Shown in pieces: positions 1 through 9,474 of a DNA stretch of 64,000 nt. The stretch's first letter is position 1. Every line of letters begins with the position of its first letter. Made by a program: the position numbers and the translations under genes. The stretch lies in IMG/VR virus record IMGVR_UViG_3300043567_000723; one strand, 5' to 3'. The notes beneath the pieces are model-generated. The model saw nothing but the letters and a program-made list of their open reading frames with translations, was not told where the DNA came from and ran no database searches. This DNA comes from a virus. Lineage: Duplodnaviria; Caudoviricetes.

Positions 1-1
1 G

Positions 2-160
2 CGAATAAACACGCCGGCTATGTTTAACACGTATAACGTGCCGCCAAATGCGCGACCAGCTATGGGTAGTCAGCCTATGCAGCCGCTCAACAGACCAGTC
101 GACATGTCGGTACTTTCTCCTCCGCGTCGTCTAATGTCCGCTAACGAGGCCCCGGTATGA
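2..160 (+). CDS. 3' end of a gene starting before the window (hypothetical, Pro/Met-rich tail)
   Basis: Frame open from base 2 to TGA at 158-160, which overlaps the ATG at 157 (ATGA coupling). Confidence 0.6.
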   Translation, partial: RINTPAMFNTYNVPPNARPAMGSQPMQPLNRPVDMSVLSPPRRLMSANEAPV

Positions 161-420
161 ACATCTTTATCCGACCAAACGGAAACGCACAATGTTTATA
201 TGGCGAAAATATCAATCTCGCCAAGTTGGGGCAACTGGATATCAAACGTGCAAGTCACGTAGAACCAAACGAAAACAAACCCGGTGAATGGATTGCAGAC
301 TTAGCCCCTGTGGGCGGTCCGCTTTTTGAGGGTTTTGATTCTCGTGCCGCGGCTCTTGCGGCGGAAGAAAAATGGCTCAACGCAAAAATGGCGCAGTTTA
401 ATATACATGTGGTGACGTAA
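157..420 (+). CDS. Conserved hypothetical protein (RASHVEP...W.ADL.PV.GP type)
   Basis: 87 aa ORF coupled to both neighbours; motif recalled from planctomycete/phage clusters with DUF1257 and AAA ATPase (not verified). Confidence 0.75.
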   Translation: MNIFIRPNGNAQCLYGENINLAKLGQLDIKRASHVEPNENKPGEWIADLAPVGGPLFEGFDSRAAALAAEEKWLNAKMAQFNIHVVT

Positions 421-815
421 TGCACCCTGTAACGTGGACTGTCGAAGATTCGTCGACCTCTAATCCGCTTGGGAAGTCAGGCGAATTTGAATTTGAAGTC
501 GATTTTATTTTTGAGCCAGAAGAACAACAAGTTCGATATGACAGTGATCTTGGTGGTTATCCGGGTAGTCCCGCGCGCGCAATTGTCTCTGACGTTTGTT
601 GCACGCACGTGTCTTTAACTGGCGAAGAACCAAGAGAACCCGAAAAGGTAGAAAATAAAAAACTGCAACAGTGGTTTTTTGATTGGCTAGAACAACATCC
701 AAAAGAAGAGAACGCGTTGTGCTCGCGTGCACTTAAACTCAATGACCCGTCTAACGATGTGACAGACTGGGAAATAGAGGCTGAAGAGCGCGACCGCTTA
801 GATGATTATTTTTAG
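420..815 (+). CDS. Acidic hypothetical protein
   Basis: 131 aa ORF, TAATG overlap with the upstream stop. Confidence 0.7.
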   Translation: MHPVTWTVEDSSTSNPLGKSGEFEFEVDFIFEPEEQQVRYDSDLGGYPGSPARAIVSDVCCTHVSLTGEEPREPEKVENKKLQQWFFDWLEQHPKEENALCSRALKLNDPSNDVTDWEIEAEERDRLDDYF

Positions 816-856
816 TTTTGGATACCCCGCCGGTAGGATTGCCGGCAAATTTGGGG

Positions 857-894
857 TTGCATAAAAATTCGAATCGGCTATACACATGTAGCCG
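857..894 (+). promoter_or_regulatory. Sigma70-like promoter candidate, TTGCAT-16nt-TATACA, -10 overlapping a hairpin
   Basis: TTGCAT 857-862, TATACA 879-884; inverted repeat cggcta (875-880) / tagccg (889-894). Confidence 0.45.
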
Positions 895-992
895 TGCAAT
901 ACTGCGACGCACACTTGGTGGAACCAACGTGCGCCGCATTTGAAAAACGGACGCGTGTCCGTTTTCAATGTTCGGTGGTTTTAAAGGAGTTC

Positions 993-1328
993 ATGATGAA
1001 GTCTTTCTTTGCTGCTTTTGTTCTTTCTTTCGTCTCGTTCGTTTCGGCGGCCTCTGCCGGCGAGGGCCCGCAGAGCGTGCTCCAGCAGCCAACGGTTGCT
1101 GAGTCCGTTGCTGCGGCTCCGGCCTGTGAGACCGTCGTTGCGAGCCAGCCCGCCGTGGTTTGCGCTTCTGGCAACTGCCAGCGGCTCTACACCGCGGACA
1201 CCAAGTCCACCGAGAGCTGTCGGAATCGGCTGTTCGGTGGTAAGGTGGTGAAGAAGGTAAGCCGTACGGTTGTTCGTCCGGTTCGTGAGCGCGCTCGCGA
1301 CTGCGGCGGCAACTGCGCTTGCCGTTGA
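993..1328 (+). CDS. Secreted Cys-rich small protein, planctomycete-like
   Basis: AAGGAG RBS before ATGATG at 993; signal peptide MMKSFFAAFVLSFVSFVSAASAG; CASGNC, CRNRLFG and CGGNCACR motifs. Confidence 0.75.
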   Translation: MMKSFFAAFVLSFVSFVSAASAGEGPQSVLQQPTVAESVAAAPACETVVASQPAVVCASGNCQRLYTADTKSTESCRNRLFGGKVVKKVSRTVVRPVRERARDCGGNCACR

Positions 1329-1357
1329 ACATCTGACAGCATTTAGGCAGTACGCCA

Positions 1358-1396
1358 AGGAGGGCGTCGAGCTTGCTCGGCGCCCTCCTGCTTTTT
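1358..1396 (+). terminator. Rho-independent terminator
   Basis: aggagggcg-t-cgagc-tt-gctcg-g-cgccctcct stem followed by a T run. Confidence 0.8.
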
Positions 1397-1409
1397 ACAA
1401 GGATACAGA

Positions 1410-1634
1410 ATGAAATACTACTGCGTGCGAATCAATGTGACGTCTACGGAAGAATATCTAGTTGCCGCTGAAGATATCAATGCAGCCAGTTTGATTGCCG
1501 GCGATCTTGACCCTAGAAACGCCAACGACGCCGACGCATTTATGACACGCGAATACCAAAATACGAGCACAGATATTTCCGAGGTTGACAGCGCTGTGTG
1601 GGAAGAAGAAAAACTCAATCGGGGGATCAAATAA
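1410..1634 (+). CDS. Hypothetical protein
   Basis: 74 aa ORF with AAGGA RBS, coupled to the next ATG. Confidence 0.65.
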   Translation: MKYYCVRINVTSTEEYLVAAEDINAASLIAGDLDPRNANDADAFMTREYQNTSTDISEVDSAVWEEEKLNRGIK

Positions 1635-2143
1635 TGGGTATTGATATTTATTTGGAATGGGACAACATGTCCGAAGAGGACCGGAAAGCGCAAGCTACCG
1701 GATTTTCGATCACATCTGGAAATGTTGGCTATTTGCGAGAAGCGTACCACGGCGGGCCATACGCCACGCGTATCCTTGTGCGTGAAGCGTTTGAGGCCGA
1801 CAACTGTAAAGCGCCTATTCCAGCCGCAATAATGCGCGAGCGGCTAACCAGCCTGACAGAACCTGATTACGGAGCTACCGGCGGACACAAGCTTGCCGCC
1901 GCGGTAGTTGAGCTACTCAGCAGTATGAACGGGCCAGACGACAATCACACGTTTGTTCAAGCAGATACGACACGCCCGATGAGCGTAGAAGAAGCTGTAC
2001 GCGAACGTATGCGCCGGTTATACCCCGACGCTACACCAGACTTTGTCAACGAGGTTGTTGAGTCGTTTCGTGCGTTTGTCGCACTCGCAGAAGACAAGGA
2101 AAAAAAGACTGGCAAACCATGCACCGTGTTGGCGTCTTATTGA
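1634..2143 (+). CDS. Conserved phage hypothetical protein (MGIDIYL...GYLREAYHG)
   Basis: ATG at 1634 overlaps the upstream TAA; motif typical of phage hypotheticals. Confidence 0.7.
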   Translation: MGIDIYLEWDNMSEEDRKAQATGFSITSGNVGYLREAYHGGPYATRILVREAFEADNCKAPIPAAIMRERLTSLTEPDYGATGGHKLAAAVVELLSSMNGPDDNHTFVQADTTRPMSVEEAVRERMRRLYPDATPDFVNEVVESFRAFVALAEDKEKKTGKPCTVLASY

Positions 2144-2149
2144 GCAATC

Positions 2150-2599
2150 ATGGCAAAAACTAAAACAACAAAAACCCCGGTTGAGCAGATTAAAGATTTT
2201 TGCACTGTGCTTCATGCGTTTGGCGTTTCACGCGTTGAAGCTGAGTACTGCGGCAGCGGAGACTCCGGCGATTTTGACACGATAATGTACGACTTTAATG
2301 ATACCTCTGCCGCAAATACATCGCAGATAAGAGACACGGGCGTGGCTCCGCACAATTCACCACTGCGAATGGTGCACAAGGACGGTCTCCTAGAAAAATT
2401 AAATAACCCCGGCGGAGACATCATTACAAAAAAAAAGTTAGATGTGTTCGAAAATAACTTGTTTCATTTGCTGCCCGGTGGTTGGGAAATAGATTCCGGT
2501 AGTTTTGGCAGCATTGTCGTCGACGTGGCAAGGAAGACAATTCACGTCCATCACAACGAACGAATCGAAGAAGTAAATTCAACAACATATGATTTCTAA
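2150..2599 (+). CDS. DUF6878-like protein
   Basis: V..EY.GSGDSG motif and C-terminal GWE.DSG.FG.I.VDV; a DUF6915-like gene lies downstream. Confidence 0.6.
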   Translation: MAKTKTTKTPVEQIKDFCTVLHAFGVSRVEAEYCGSGDSGDFDTIMYDFNDTSAANTSQIRDTGVAPHNSPLRMVHKDGLLEKLNNPGGDIITKKKLDVFENNLFHLLPGGWEIDSGSFGSIVVDVARKTIHVHHNERIEEVNSTTYDF

Positions 2600-2844
2600 T
2601 GCCACGTAAATTTTCGCCTGACCTGCATTGCGCTACGGTCACAGTTCTTGAGTTTATTCGCGTTGCGGTAACGCATTTTCCGAAAACAACGGACAAGATC
2701 CTTACACATATGGATCTATCCGACGAGGGTTTTGACGAAGAAATCGACGTGCTCGAAAACATGCTGGCGGCCGCTGACGAGAAGGACAAAAAGCACGAAC
2801 GAATTGTGCCGCGGCTGGCAGAGCAAAAAGAGGACGAAGATTAA
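2599..2844 (+). CDS. Hypothetical protein
   Basis: 81 aa ORF, TAATG coupling. Confidence 0.6.
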   Translation: MPRKFSPDLHCATVTVLEFIRVAVTHFPKTTDKILTHMDLSDEGFDEEIDVLENMLAAADEKDKKHERIVPRLAEQKEDED

Positions 2845-2864
2845 ACAAGAAAGACAACACAACC

Positions 2865-3140
2865 ATGACACCCGGAACACAGTATCGCGTAATCAAGCCT
2901 GATGCTCGATTGCAGTGGTGGAAGCCTTGTGGGCCCAACTGTCAGCAGGGCGCAAGCCTAAAGCTGGCCGTCGGCGACATCATTACATACGAACGTAACG
3001 CGTATGGCGGCGGGAGCGACGACGTTAATTACGACTACTTCAGCAAAGACGGCAAGTGCGGCGCGTTCTGGCCTAACAACTGGGGCTCGTGCGACAAGAG
3101 TTTCTTTGAGCCCGTAGATGAACCTGTCGGTGCCGCATGA
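2865..3140 (+). CDS. Hypothetical protein
   Basis: 91 aa ORF, ATGA overlap with the next gene. Confidence 0.6.
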   Translation: MTPGTQYRVIKPDARLQWWKPCGPNCQQGASLKLAVGDIITYERNAYGGGSDDVNYDYFSKDGKCGAFWPNNWGSCDKSFFEPVDEPVGAA

Positions 3141-3346
3141 CTATAGACGACGCAATTAGAAACCTAGAGTCGGCCAAACGCGGCGGCACAAAAAGCATCA
3201 TCCTTGCGTGGTGGTCAGCCGATATGTTTGACCGAGAAGATAACGACGAATGGGAACACGCCACCGAAGTCGTTGAGGACAAAATGGATTGGTCAGCTGC
3301 GCACAGCGATTTACATCAAGTTCTTGACCTTTACACAAACGAATAA
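3137..3346 (+). CDS. Hypothetical protein
   Basis: 69 aa ORF coupled on both sides. Confidence 0.6.
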   Translation: MTIDDAIRNLESAKRGGTKSIILAWWSADMFDREDNDEWEHATEVVEDKMDWSAAHSDLHQVLDLYTNE

Positions 3347-3816
3347 TGAACGTGCACAAACAACTGTGCACACCAACTGGCGTGCAAGAAGCGGCTAAAG
3401 AATGGTGGGATTGCAACGTCTCCACAGAAATAGCAGAAAAGCTCAGCGCAAAGTACGTAAAACAGCGCAAAAAACCGATGGAAGCAAGTATTAAAACCGG
3501 CAGCACAAATAGCGCGTTGGCCGGCGGCCACCTTGTTTGGCTTAAAAATATGTTAAACGAAGCCGGTTTATTGCCGGTGTCGGGCTCGCCGCCGCCGGAC
3601 GATAAAGCTGTTGCCGTGACAGCTGTTTTGCACGTTGGTTTTATTACGCTTGCTGAAACCGAAAAGATGATTGAGCGACTTCAAAACGAAGAACAGCTTG
3701 AAGAAACAAACGCGCCGGCCAGATCAAAGATATTTAAAACAGCACAAAAACAAACAATCACACCGATTGATGCAACGGCTAGCATAGTGACGCACAGTAC
3801 GCAAGAAGACAAATAA
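3346..3816 (+). CDS. Hypothetical protein
   Basis: 156 aa ORF. Confidence 0.6.
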   Translation: MNVHKQLCTPTGVQEAAKEWWDCNVSTEIAEKLSAKYVKQRKKPMEASIKTGSTNSALAGGHLVWLKNMLNEAGLLPVSGSPPPDDKAVAVTAVLHVGFITLAETEKMIERLQNEEQLEETNAPARSKIFKTAQKQTITPIDATASIVTHSTQEDK

Positions 3817-3826
3817 AGGACGAATA

Positions 3827-4210
3827 ATGGCACACCCATATCACCACGCACTGTCGTCAGTACGCAAGTGGGGCGGCTGCGTAGAAGACTACCAGCCAAT
3901 CCACGACTGGTTCGATGAGTCCAAAGCGCACATGGCTGATTTCAGACACAGGGCGCTCAGGCATCATTCCGAAGGGATTTTCTTATCAGAAAAAATCTTT
4001 GGCAAAACAATCACAAATAGCGACGGCCGCGTTGTGCCCGTCCGGTACGTTGGCGAGCAACACGTAAACGAAGACCTTGGTCGAATTCCGTCAGTCGCGG
4101 ACTGGCTGCGCTGCATTCGTCCTAGCGACGACGCCGCGTGGATGTTTGGTCGCGGTAAAAACCTAGAGAAGGAGTTAGCTGATGCCGATTTGTCGGTTCA
4201 AAGCGTCTGA
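3827..4210 (+). CDS. DUF6915-like protein
   Basis: AHPYHHALSS..KWGG...DY..IHDWFD.SK.....RHRALRHH..GIF signature; EQHV.EDLG.IPS. Confidence 0.75.
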   Translation: MAHPYHHALSSVRKWGGCVEDYQPIHDWFDESKAHMADFRHRALRHHSEGIFLSEKIFGKTITNSDGRVVPVRYVGEQHVNEDLGRIPSVADWLRCIRPSDDAAWMFGRGKNLEKELADADLSVQSV

Positions 4211-4646
4211 GCTAAAGCGCTGCATTAATCACGCCCGCGCATCGACAGAATGGGAAATGGGTTACGAAAATATGACTGACGAGCAGTTAGCAGAAGTTGG
4301 TTTACCGCCAATAGCGAATCGCACGCCAGTCGGCCCGTGTCTTTTATTTGTGCACGATAGCGGTGTGTACCTGATGAGCAACGGTATTCCGCGAGACTTA
4401 GATGAAAGCGAACGGCGAGAAAAGTCATACGCTGTATACGCCGAAGATTGTAACCCGATACACAACGAAGACTGCTGGGAAACTAGCCGCGCATTAGTTG
4501 GCGGCGACGACTTTGTGGAAACAATTCCGATTCCTAAAAGCTGGCTAGATGCCTGCGATCAGTTTGAAACGTTTGAAATTAAGATTGACAACGCCGTCAT
4601 AGATTGCGGCTTTGCTGACCCCATCCTTTCTTCTCCAACTAATTAA
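4182..4646 (+). CDS. DUF3085-like protein
   Basis: LFVHDSGVYLMSNG...YAE.CNP...GGDDFVE signature. Confidence 0.75.
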   Translation: MPICRFKASELKRCINHARASTEWEMGYENMTDEQLAEVGLPPIANRTPVGPCLLFVHDSGVYLMSNGIPRDLDESERREKSYAVYAEDCNPIHNEDCWETSRALVGGDDFVETIPIPKSWLDACDQFETFEIKIDNAVIDCGFADPILSSPTN

Positions 4647-4647
4647 C

Positions 4648-6075
4648 ATGAAGTCCAAAATTTCCAAGGCTCACCGCGCAATTGTACGAAACACGCTTGA
4701 TCGCTGGGTGCAGAACTTAACAGACGGAACGCCTGACGTTCATAAAGCTGAAGAATATCTTCGCGCTGGTTACAACAACGGTATTGGCTCGTTTCGCCGA
4801 GACAAATACAAGAAAATGGACGTGGATTTTCATGTAGTCCCGTCACCTATTGCATTTATGATTGCCGTAACTGTAGCGCGTGGGCGTATGAGCAAACGGG
4901 CAGGAAAAGATCTGTGTCACGAGCTGGGCATTGAGTCCGGGTTTCTACGAGATATTCACCGAGACTCGTTGCTGAAGTGGAACCCGGAGACTAGCCGTTG
5001 GCGGCAAGAAGCAAACAACGAATTTACGCGTACGTGGCTCAGGGCTATTCGAGAAGAATATTTGTCTGACGAACAATTGGTAGCGTCGGTCAATGGCGTA
5101 GCGCGACGATGGTGGCGAAATAGCAACCGGGATGACAATCTTGTGCAGATGATGTACCGCACAAATGACCTAGCGCAGGTTATACCAATACTGCACTCGC
5201 TTCTTAATGACTCTCTTGGCTTAGAGAAAGTAAATCAGACTGCGCGATCGTGGGACGGTCGTCAGACTACTTTCCAACGTTCCAAGGCAGAAAGTCGCCG
5301 CAACGAGCTAGTTAATAAAATCATCTGGGACAGCGGTACGACCAGAGGATCGCTTGGAGAGTTGCGGCGCGCTGTCGATATAAACGATCTTATGCGGGCG
5401 GACACAAGCGATAACGTAAATCCGTGGTTAGGTTCAGTGCCGAAAGCTGTTGACGCAGAAATCCTCTGCAAAATTCTAAAGATTGACGACGCTGAAATGA
5501 CGTGGGAGCATGAAGTGTTTCATCACTGCACAGCTTTTGCAGCGTTTCAGCGGTCGTGCATTGTTTTATCCGCGCGTCCGCAACTCAGCATGAACGAAGA
5601 AGGTAATTTGCATAATACAACTGGCCCGGCTGTGTCGTGGGCTGATGGCACACAGCTCTGGTACAACGACGGTCACTACCTCAACGAATGCGGCAAGCGT
5701 ATTGTCGCTGAACCACATAAGCTGTCGACGGCGCATATTCTTGAGATTAACAACGAAGAAACACGCCGAGTTGCCATTGAAAAGTTTGGATGGGATCGTT
5801 TTATCGCAGAAGCTGATTGTCCAGTTATTGATCGCCGTGTAAATGACATTGATAACACAATCGAAATGCTGGTCGGCCCACCCCGCGCTGATGAGGGTCG
5901 CGCCCGTCAAAACCGAATGGTTCTGTTCTGTCGGTCAACCGGTCGCCGTTACTTTTTAGGCGTACCGCGAAACGTTGAATCGTGCGAGGCGGCTCAGACG
6001 TGGATGTCTGATTCTGGTAGCAACCCGCTTATTCCCTATTCGGCCATGCCAATGCGGCTGGTCGGAGCATCGTGA
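4648..6075 (+). CDS. DUF6745-like domain protein
   Basis: C-terminal LH...GPAVSWADG..LWY..G...I....N.E.RRVAIEKFGW motif. Confidence 0.65.
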   Translation: MKSKISKAHRAIVRNTLDRWVQNLTDGTPDVHKAEEYLRAGYNNGIGSFRRDKYKKMDVDFHVVPSPIAFMIAVTVARGRMSKRAGKDLCHELGIESGFLRDIHRDSLLKWNPETSRWRQEANNEFTRTWLRAIREEYLSDEQLVASVNGVARRWWRNSNRDDNLVQMMYRTNDLAQVIPILHSLLNDSLGLEKVNQTARSWDGRQTTFQRSKAESRRNELVNKIIWDSGTTRGSLGELRRAVDINDLMRADTSDNVNPWLGSVPKAVDAEILCKILKIDDAEMTWEHEVFHHCTAFAAFQRSCIVLSARPQLSMNEEGNLHNTTGPAVSWADGTQLWYNDGHYLNECGKRIVAEPHKLSTAHILEINNEETRRVAIEKFGWDRFIAEADCPVIDRRVNDIDNTIEMLVGPPRADEGRARQNRMVLFCRSTGRRYFLGVPRNVESCEAAQTWMSDSGSNPLIPYSAMPMRLVGAS

Positions 6076-6095
6076 TTTTCACAGGAGTTTTAGAC

Positions 6096-6713
6096 ATGAG
6101 TACTGCAGTTCTCGACGATCGCACCATCAACCACCCGGCTGTCCTCGCTTTGCGTGAGGCGCAGGCTACGGTGGAAAGTATTAAGAATGACGCGCCGCAG
6201 TATTTCCCGGAGGCTGCGAGCGTTGGCGACGCCGTTCGGCAGGGCGACATCTATATCCAGCTCATCGAGCCGGTGACCAAGACGCCGTTTTTATACCGCA
6301 ACGCCTTTCCAACGTTCCCAATGCAGCTGGCTGACGGTAACACCAAGGGCAGCCGACACTGCCTTGCGCGCGGTAACGGCGTTACGGTGTACGCCCCGGT
6401 TGGCGTTAACAGCTTAGAAATGCTGTCGGACGTTGCTGCGCAATTTGGTATCAAGCCGTCAGATGTCGACTGGACCACAAAGCTACGCAACGCCGAGTGG
6501 GAAGAACGTCGTACGGCTTCACCGCAGAAGAACACACATACCGTGAATGCCGCGCAAATGCTCACGTTTGCCGGACCGATCTTCAACCTGACGGAAACTA
6601 ACACTGTAACGCACCCTGAGCACGGGGACTGGATTCTGCCGCCCGGCTCATACCGTGTCACTTATCAGCGAACCGTGGCGCGTGACAACACGGTCACGCG
6701 AGTCCTCGACTGA
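6096..6713 (+). CDS. Conserved partner of DUF6745-like proteins (RQGD...H...HPEH...LPPG.Y.V..QR)
   Basis: GGAG RBS; motifs RQGDIYI, GSRH and HPEHGDWILPPGSYRVTYQR. Confidence 0.7.
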   Translation: MSTAVLDDRTINHPAVLALREAQATVESIKNDAPQYFPEAASVGDAVRQGDIYIQLIEPVTKTPFLYRNAFPTFPMQLADGNTKGSRHCLARGNGVTVYAPVGVNSLEMLSDVAAQFGIKPSDVDWTTKLRNAEWEERRTASPQKNTHTVNAAQMLTFAGPIFNLTETNTVTHPEHGDWILPPGSYRVTYQRTVARDNTVTRVLD

Positions 6714-6724
6714 TAGATATCTAA

Positions 6725-7162
6725 ATGCAACCACACCCGGACGGTAGCCTCAAAAACTACCGTCCGGGTTTATCTAAGAGTAGACGAATGACAAAAACAG
6801 AAATGCTTTGGACAGACGTATCGCCGGACGTAGTAAAAGCAGCCGCAGAACTGTGTGACGGGCACAGCATCTTTGACCCGGAAGCGCTGCGGGAAGTTGG
6901 CGTGCCACCAGCACTAGTCGAGCGCTTTACCGAGATCTTTGAGAGCGATTTCAGCAATCCAAAGGCCACGATCTTTGATAACAAAACCGGTAAGCCGGTC
7001 AATCAGATGAGCGGCGTCTACGGCTACAACGTGCTGTCGGGAATGGTTCGCGACTTGCAGCTACTGTGTGCACCAAAGTTTGGGCGCGGGTTTCAAGCTG
7101 AAGTATGGAAAAAAGCAATTTTTGACTACTGTGACGGCGCAAAGCCGGCGGAGAATTTATGA
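6725..7162 (+). CDS. Hypothetical protein
   Basis: 145 aa ORF in the operon. Confidence 0.6.
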   Translation: MQPHPDGSLKNYRPGLSKSRRMTKTEMLWTDVSPDVVKAAAELCDGHSIFDPEALREVGVPPALVERFTEIFESDFSNPKATIFDNKTGKPVNQMSGVYGYNVLSGMVRDLQLLCAPKFGRGFQAEVWKKAIFDYCDGAKPAENL

Positions 7163-7626
7163 ACGAGGCCGACCTGCAACTGCAATACATGGTGGCGAAT
7201 AAAGAACCCGTAACAGCAGAAGTTATAGAAGCATTAATCTTGCGAGCTTTTGCGAATCACTTCTGCGACGTGGATAACGCAGAGACGGCTGGCAACGTTA
7301 TTTCCAGTTTATGCGGCTGCCTGTGCGACATGCGGCTTGGCGAAGCTTACGCAGCCGGCGAAGAACAAGAAACAGTTGTTGAGACGCAAATCCTAAGTGG
7401 CTCAGACGCAGAAACATGCTACTGCAACGAAGTTATTCGGCTGTACTGTGAGCGCGGGTTTGACAGGCTGTACGCCGAAGAATCTGCATCATGGCCAGAT
7501 GTACTTCCAATGAGCAGCGAATATCTAGAAAACACGCTGCACAAGCTGGCAGCACTAGAAGTTGGGCATGACCTTATCGTGCTTGATTACCTTCGCGCAA
7601 CGGCAGCACGTAAACGTAAAGGTTAA
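7159..7626 (+). CDS. Hypothetical protein
   Basis: 155 aa ORF, ATGA coupling. Confidence 0.6.
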   Translation: MNEADLQLQYMVANKEPVTAEVIEALILRAFANHFCDVDNAETAGNVISSLCGCLCDMRLGEAYAAGEEQETVVETQILSGSDAETCYCNEVIRLYCERGFDRLYAEESASWPDVLPMSSEYLENTLHKLAALEVGHDLIVLDYLRATAARKRKG

Positions 7627-7628
7627 AA

Positions 7629-7901
7629 ATGGTCTCGATAAATAGTAATTTTGAATTAGATCATCCGTCTGACGACGTTTTGGAATTCTGCAAAAACATC
7701 GTGCGCGTTATTGCGGACGGCGGTGTGTGGGGAATTCCAAGATCTAACACAATCTTTCGTTTAGACCACAAAAACAAACGACTGGTACTTATAAACGCCG
7801 GCAACGACGATGACGCAGATTTTCTTGCAACGCAGCGAGTATTTAAACACATTGGCTGGGACGTAGTAGAAAAAGAAGACCATGGAACAACAAAATCATG
7901 A
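7629..7901 (+). CDS. Hypothetical protein
   Basis: 90 aa ORF. Confidence 0.6.
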   Translation: MVSINSNFELDHPSDDVLEFCKNIVRVIADGGVWGIPRSNTIFRLDHKNKRLVLINAGNDDDADFLATQRVFKHIGWDVVEKEDHGTTKS

Positions 7902-8412
7902 ATTGCTTGGTCTCGTTGTAGCCCGGCAACGCGCTCTTTGTGACGCGCTACGAAATACAGAGAAGAAAGAAGAAGACCAACTAGCTTTGCGGCACGCAGC
8001 GTTTATAGATACATGCCTGCCGCAAATATGGAATAGCATAATCGCGCTAGACATTCTTGTGCCGCACTATAATGACGACAGGCGCGCGCTTACAATCCCG
8101 GCGCGGCGTTACGGTCGTTATGTACGCGCAAATGACGTCATTGTTGGGATTACGCTTAAACGGCACGGCGGCGGAGAAGCCACGTGGAAATGTCGTCGAA
8201 CCAAGAGCGGCGAGATTAAATATATGGGCGATCTTGTAGAGGTTGACGACCGTTTAGAGTGCAACAAAGAATTTACAAAACAGCAATTTGAGCAGACGTT
8301 TATAAATCACGTCGCGCAGATTATCCCAGTTGATAAGCTGGAACACATCGAACCAGTTGACACAATTGAAAAGAAAGGGCGGCGTCGCGTTTTAGCGCCG
8401 CTAGCGCAGTAG
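7882..8412 (+). CDS. Hypothetical protein
   Basis: 176 aa ORF. Confidence 0.6.
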   Translation: MEQQNHELLGLVVARQRALCDALRNTEKKEEDQLALRHAAFIDTCLPQIWNSIIALDILVPHYNDDRRALTIPARRYGRYVRANDVIVGITLKRHGGGEATWKCRRTKSGEIKYMGDLVEVDDRLECNKEFTKQQFEQTFINHVAQIIPVDKLEHIEPVDTIEKKGRRRVLAPLAQ

Positions 8413-8413
8413 C

Positions 8414-8686
8414 ATGAAACTGACAGAGCAAGAAACGCAGTTAGTTTATCAATTGTTGCGCGTTTCAAATGCAGCGGTAAGCAAACACAAAATCGAGCTA
8501 ATCCGCCAATACATTAAAGACACCAAAAACGACGAATGCGCGGATTCAGCGGAATTAGACGCCACATTTGACTTCCACGAAAAAATATGGCAACTTCTCC
8601 AAAAAGTTGAAAAACGCGTAAAAAACAGCGACAAAAAATCGTTGAATAAGAAACCAAGGAACGGTAATCGTGAGAGACGAACTTGA
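8414..8686 (+). CDS. Hypothetical protein
   Basis: 90 aa ORF. Confidence 0.6.
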   Translation: MKLTEQETQLVYQLLRVSNAAVSKHKIELIRQYIKDTKNDECADSAELDATFDFHEKIWQLLQKVEKRVKNSDKKSLNKKPRNGNRERRT

Positions 8687-9134
8687 GCAGCAATTGGTCA
8701 CGAAGTTTCCTGAGCTGTTTGGAGATCGGGACAAACCGCCCACGGAAACGCTGATTTGTTTTGGCTGCGAGTGCGACGACGGCTGGTTTGACCTGATCTA
8801 CACAGCCTGCCACGTGATTCAAAATCACATGGAATACAAGCCTGAAACTCCGCAGTTTCGGTTTAGCCAAATCAAAGAAAAGTTTGGCGGACTGCGGTTG
8901 TACTTCTACGGCGGCGATGACTACACACGCGCGGTGTGCGTCGTGGCTGAAACTATGTCGTACAAGATCTGCGAGATCACTGGCGACCGCGGGCAGCTGT
9001 GTTCAACCGGATACTGGCTGCGCACTTTGTCACCAGCAATGGCAGAAAAACACGGATACAAGCTGCTGTCAAAGGATGACGACGATGACGAAGAAAAAAA
9101 CAATAGCGACAGCGCCGAGCAAACAGAAAAGTGA
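8670..9134 (+). CDS. Conserved phage protein (C..GW..LI...QIKEKFGGLR.Y)
   Basis: Widespread phage motif QIKEKFGGLRLY plus CEITG. Confidence 0.75.
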   Translation: MRDELEQQLVTKFPELFGDRDKPPTETLICFGCECDDGWFDLIYTACHVIQNHMEYKPETPQFRFSQIKEKFGGLRLYFYGGDDYTRAVCVVAETMSYKICEITGDRGQLCSTGYWLRTLSPAMAEKHGYKLLSKDDDDDEEKNNSDSAEQTEK

Positions 9135-9147
9135 GCGGGCTCCGCGC

Positions 9148-9465
9148 GTGTCAGTGCCCGAGCTATTTCGGTTGTGGCACGAAGAAATAAACACAACCGA
9201 TATCTGCGTGCGGCTTGGTATTAGCAAATCAGCTATTAGCCGGCTAGCTAAAAGATACGGATTGCCAAAACGAAAAAACGGCAATAACGGAAAAACTAAA
9301 AACGTTGACCCGTCGCCAGAAGAAATAGCAAAGTTGGCACTTGAAACACGCGCAAAATGGTCGGATAAAGAACTAGACGATCGCTATCAAGGTCCGAGTC
9401 GCAAGAACTGGTGCGCGCCTGCGTATACGTATAACGCTAGCAGCGGCAGCTTTTTACCAAAATGA
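9148..9465 (+). CDS. Helix-turn-helix DNA-binding protein
   Basis: GTG start; TTDICVRLGISKSAISRLAKRYGL is HTH-like. The longer ORF-track start overlaps the upstream gene. Confidence 0.55.
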   Translation: MSVPELFRLWHEEINTTDICVRLGISKSAISRLAKRYGLPKRKNGNNGKTKNVDPSPEEIAKLALETRAKWSDKELDDRYQGPSRKNWCAPAYTYNASSGSFLPK

Positions 9466-9474
9466 GCAACGCAA

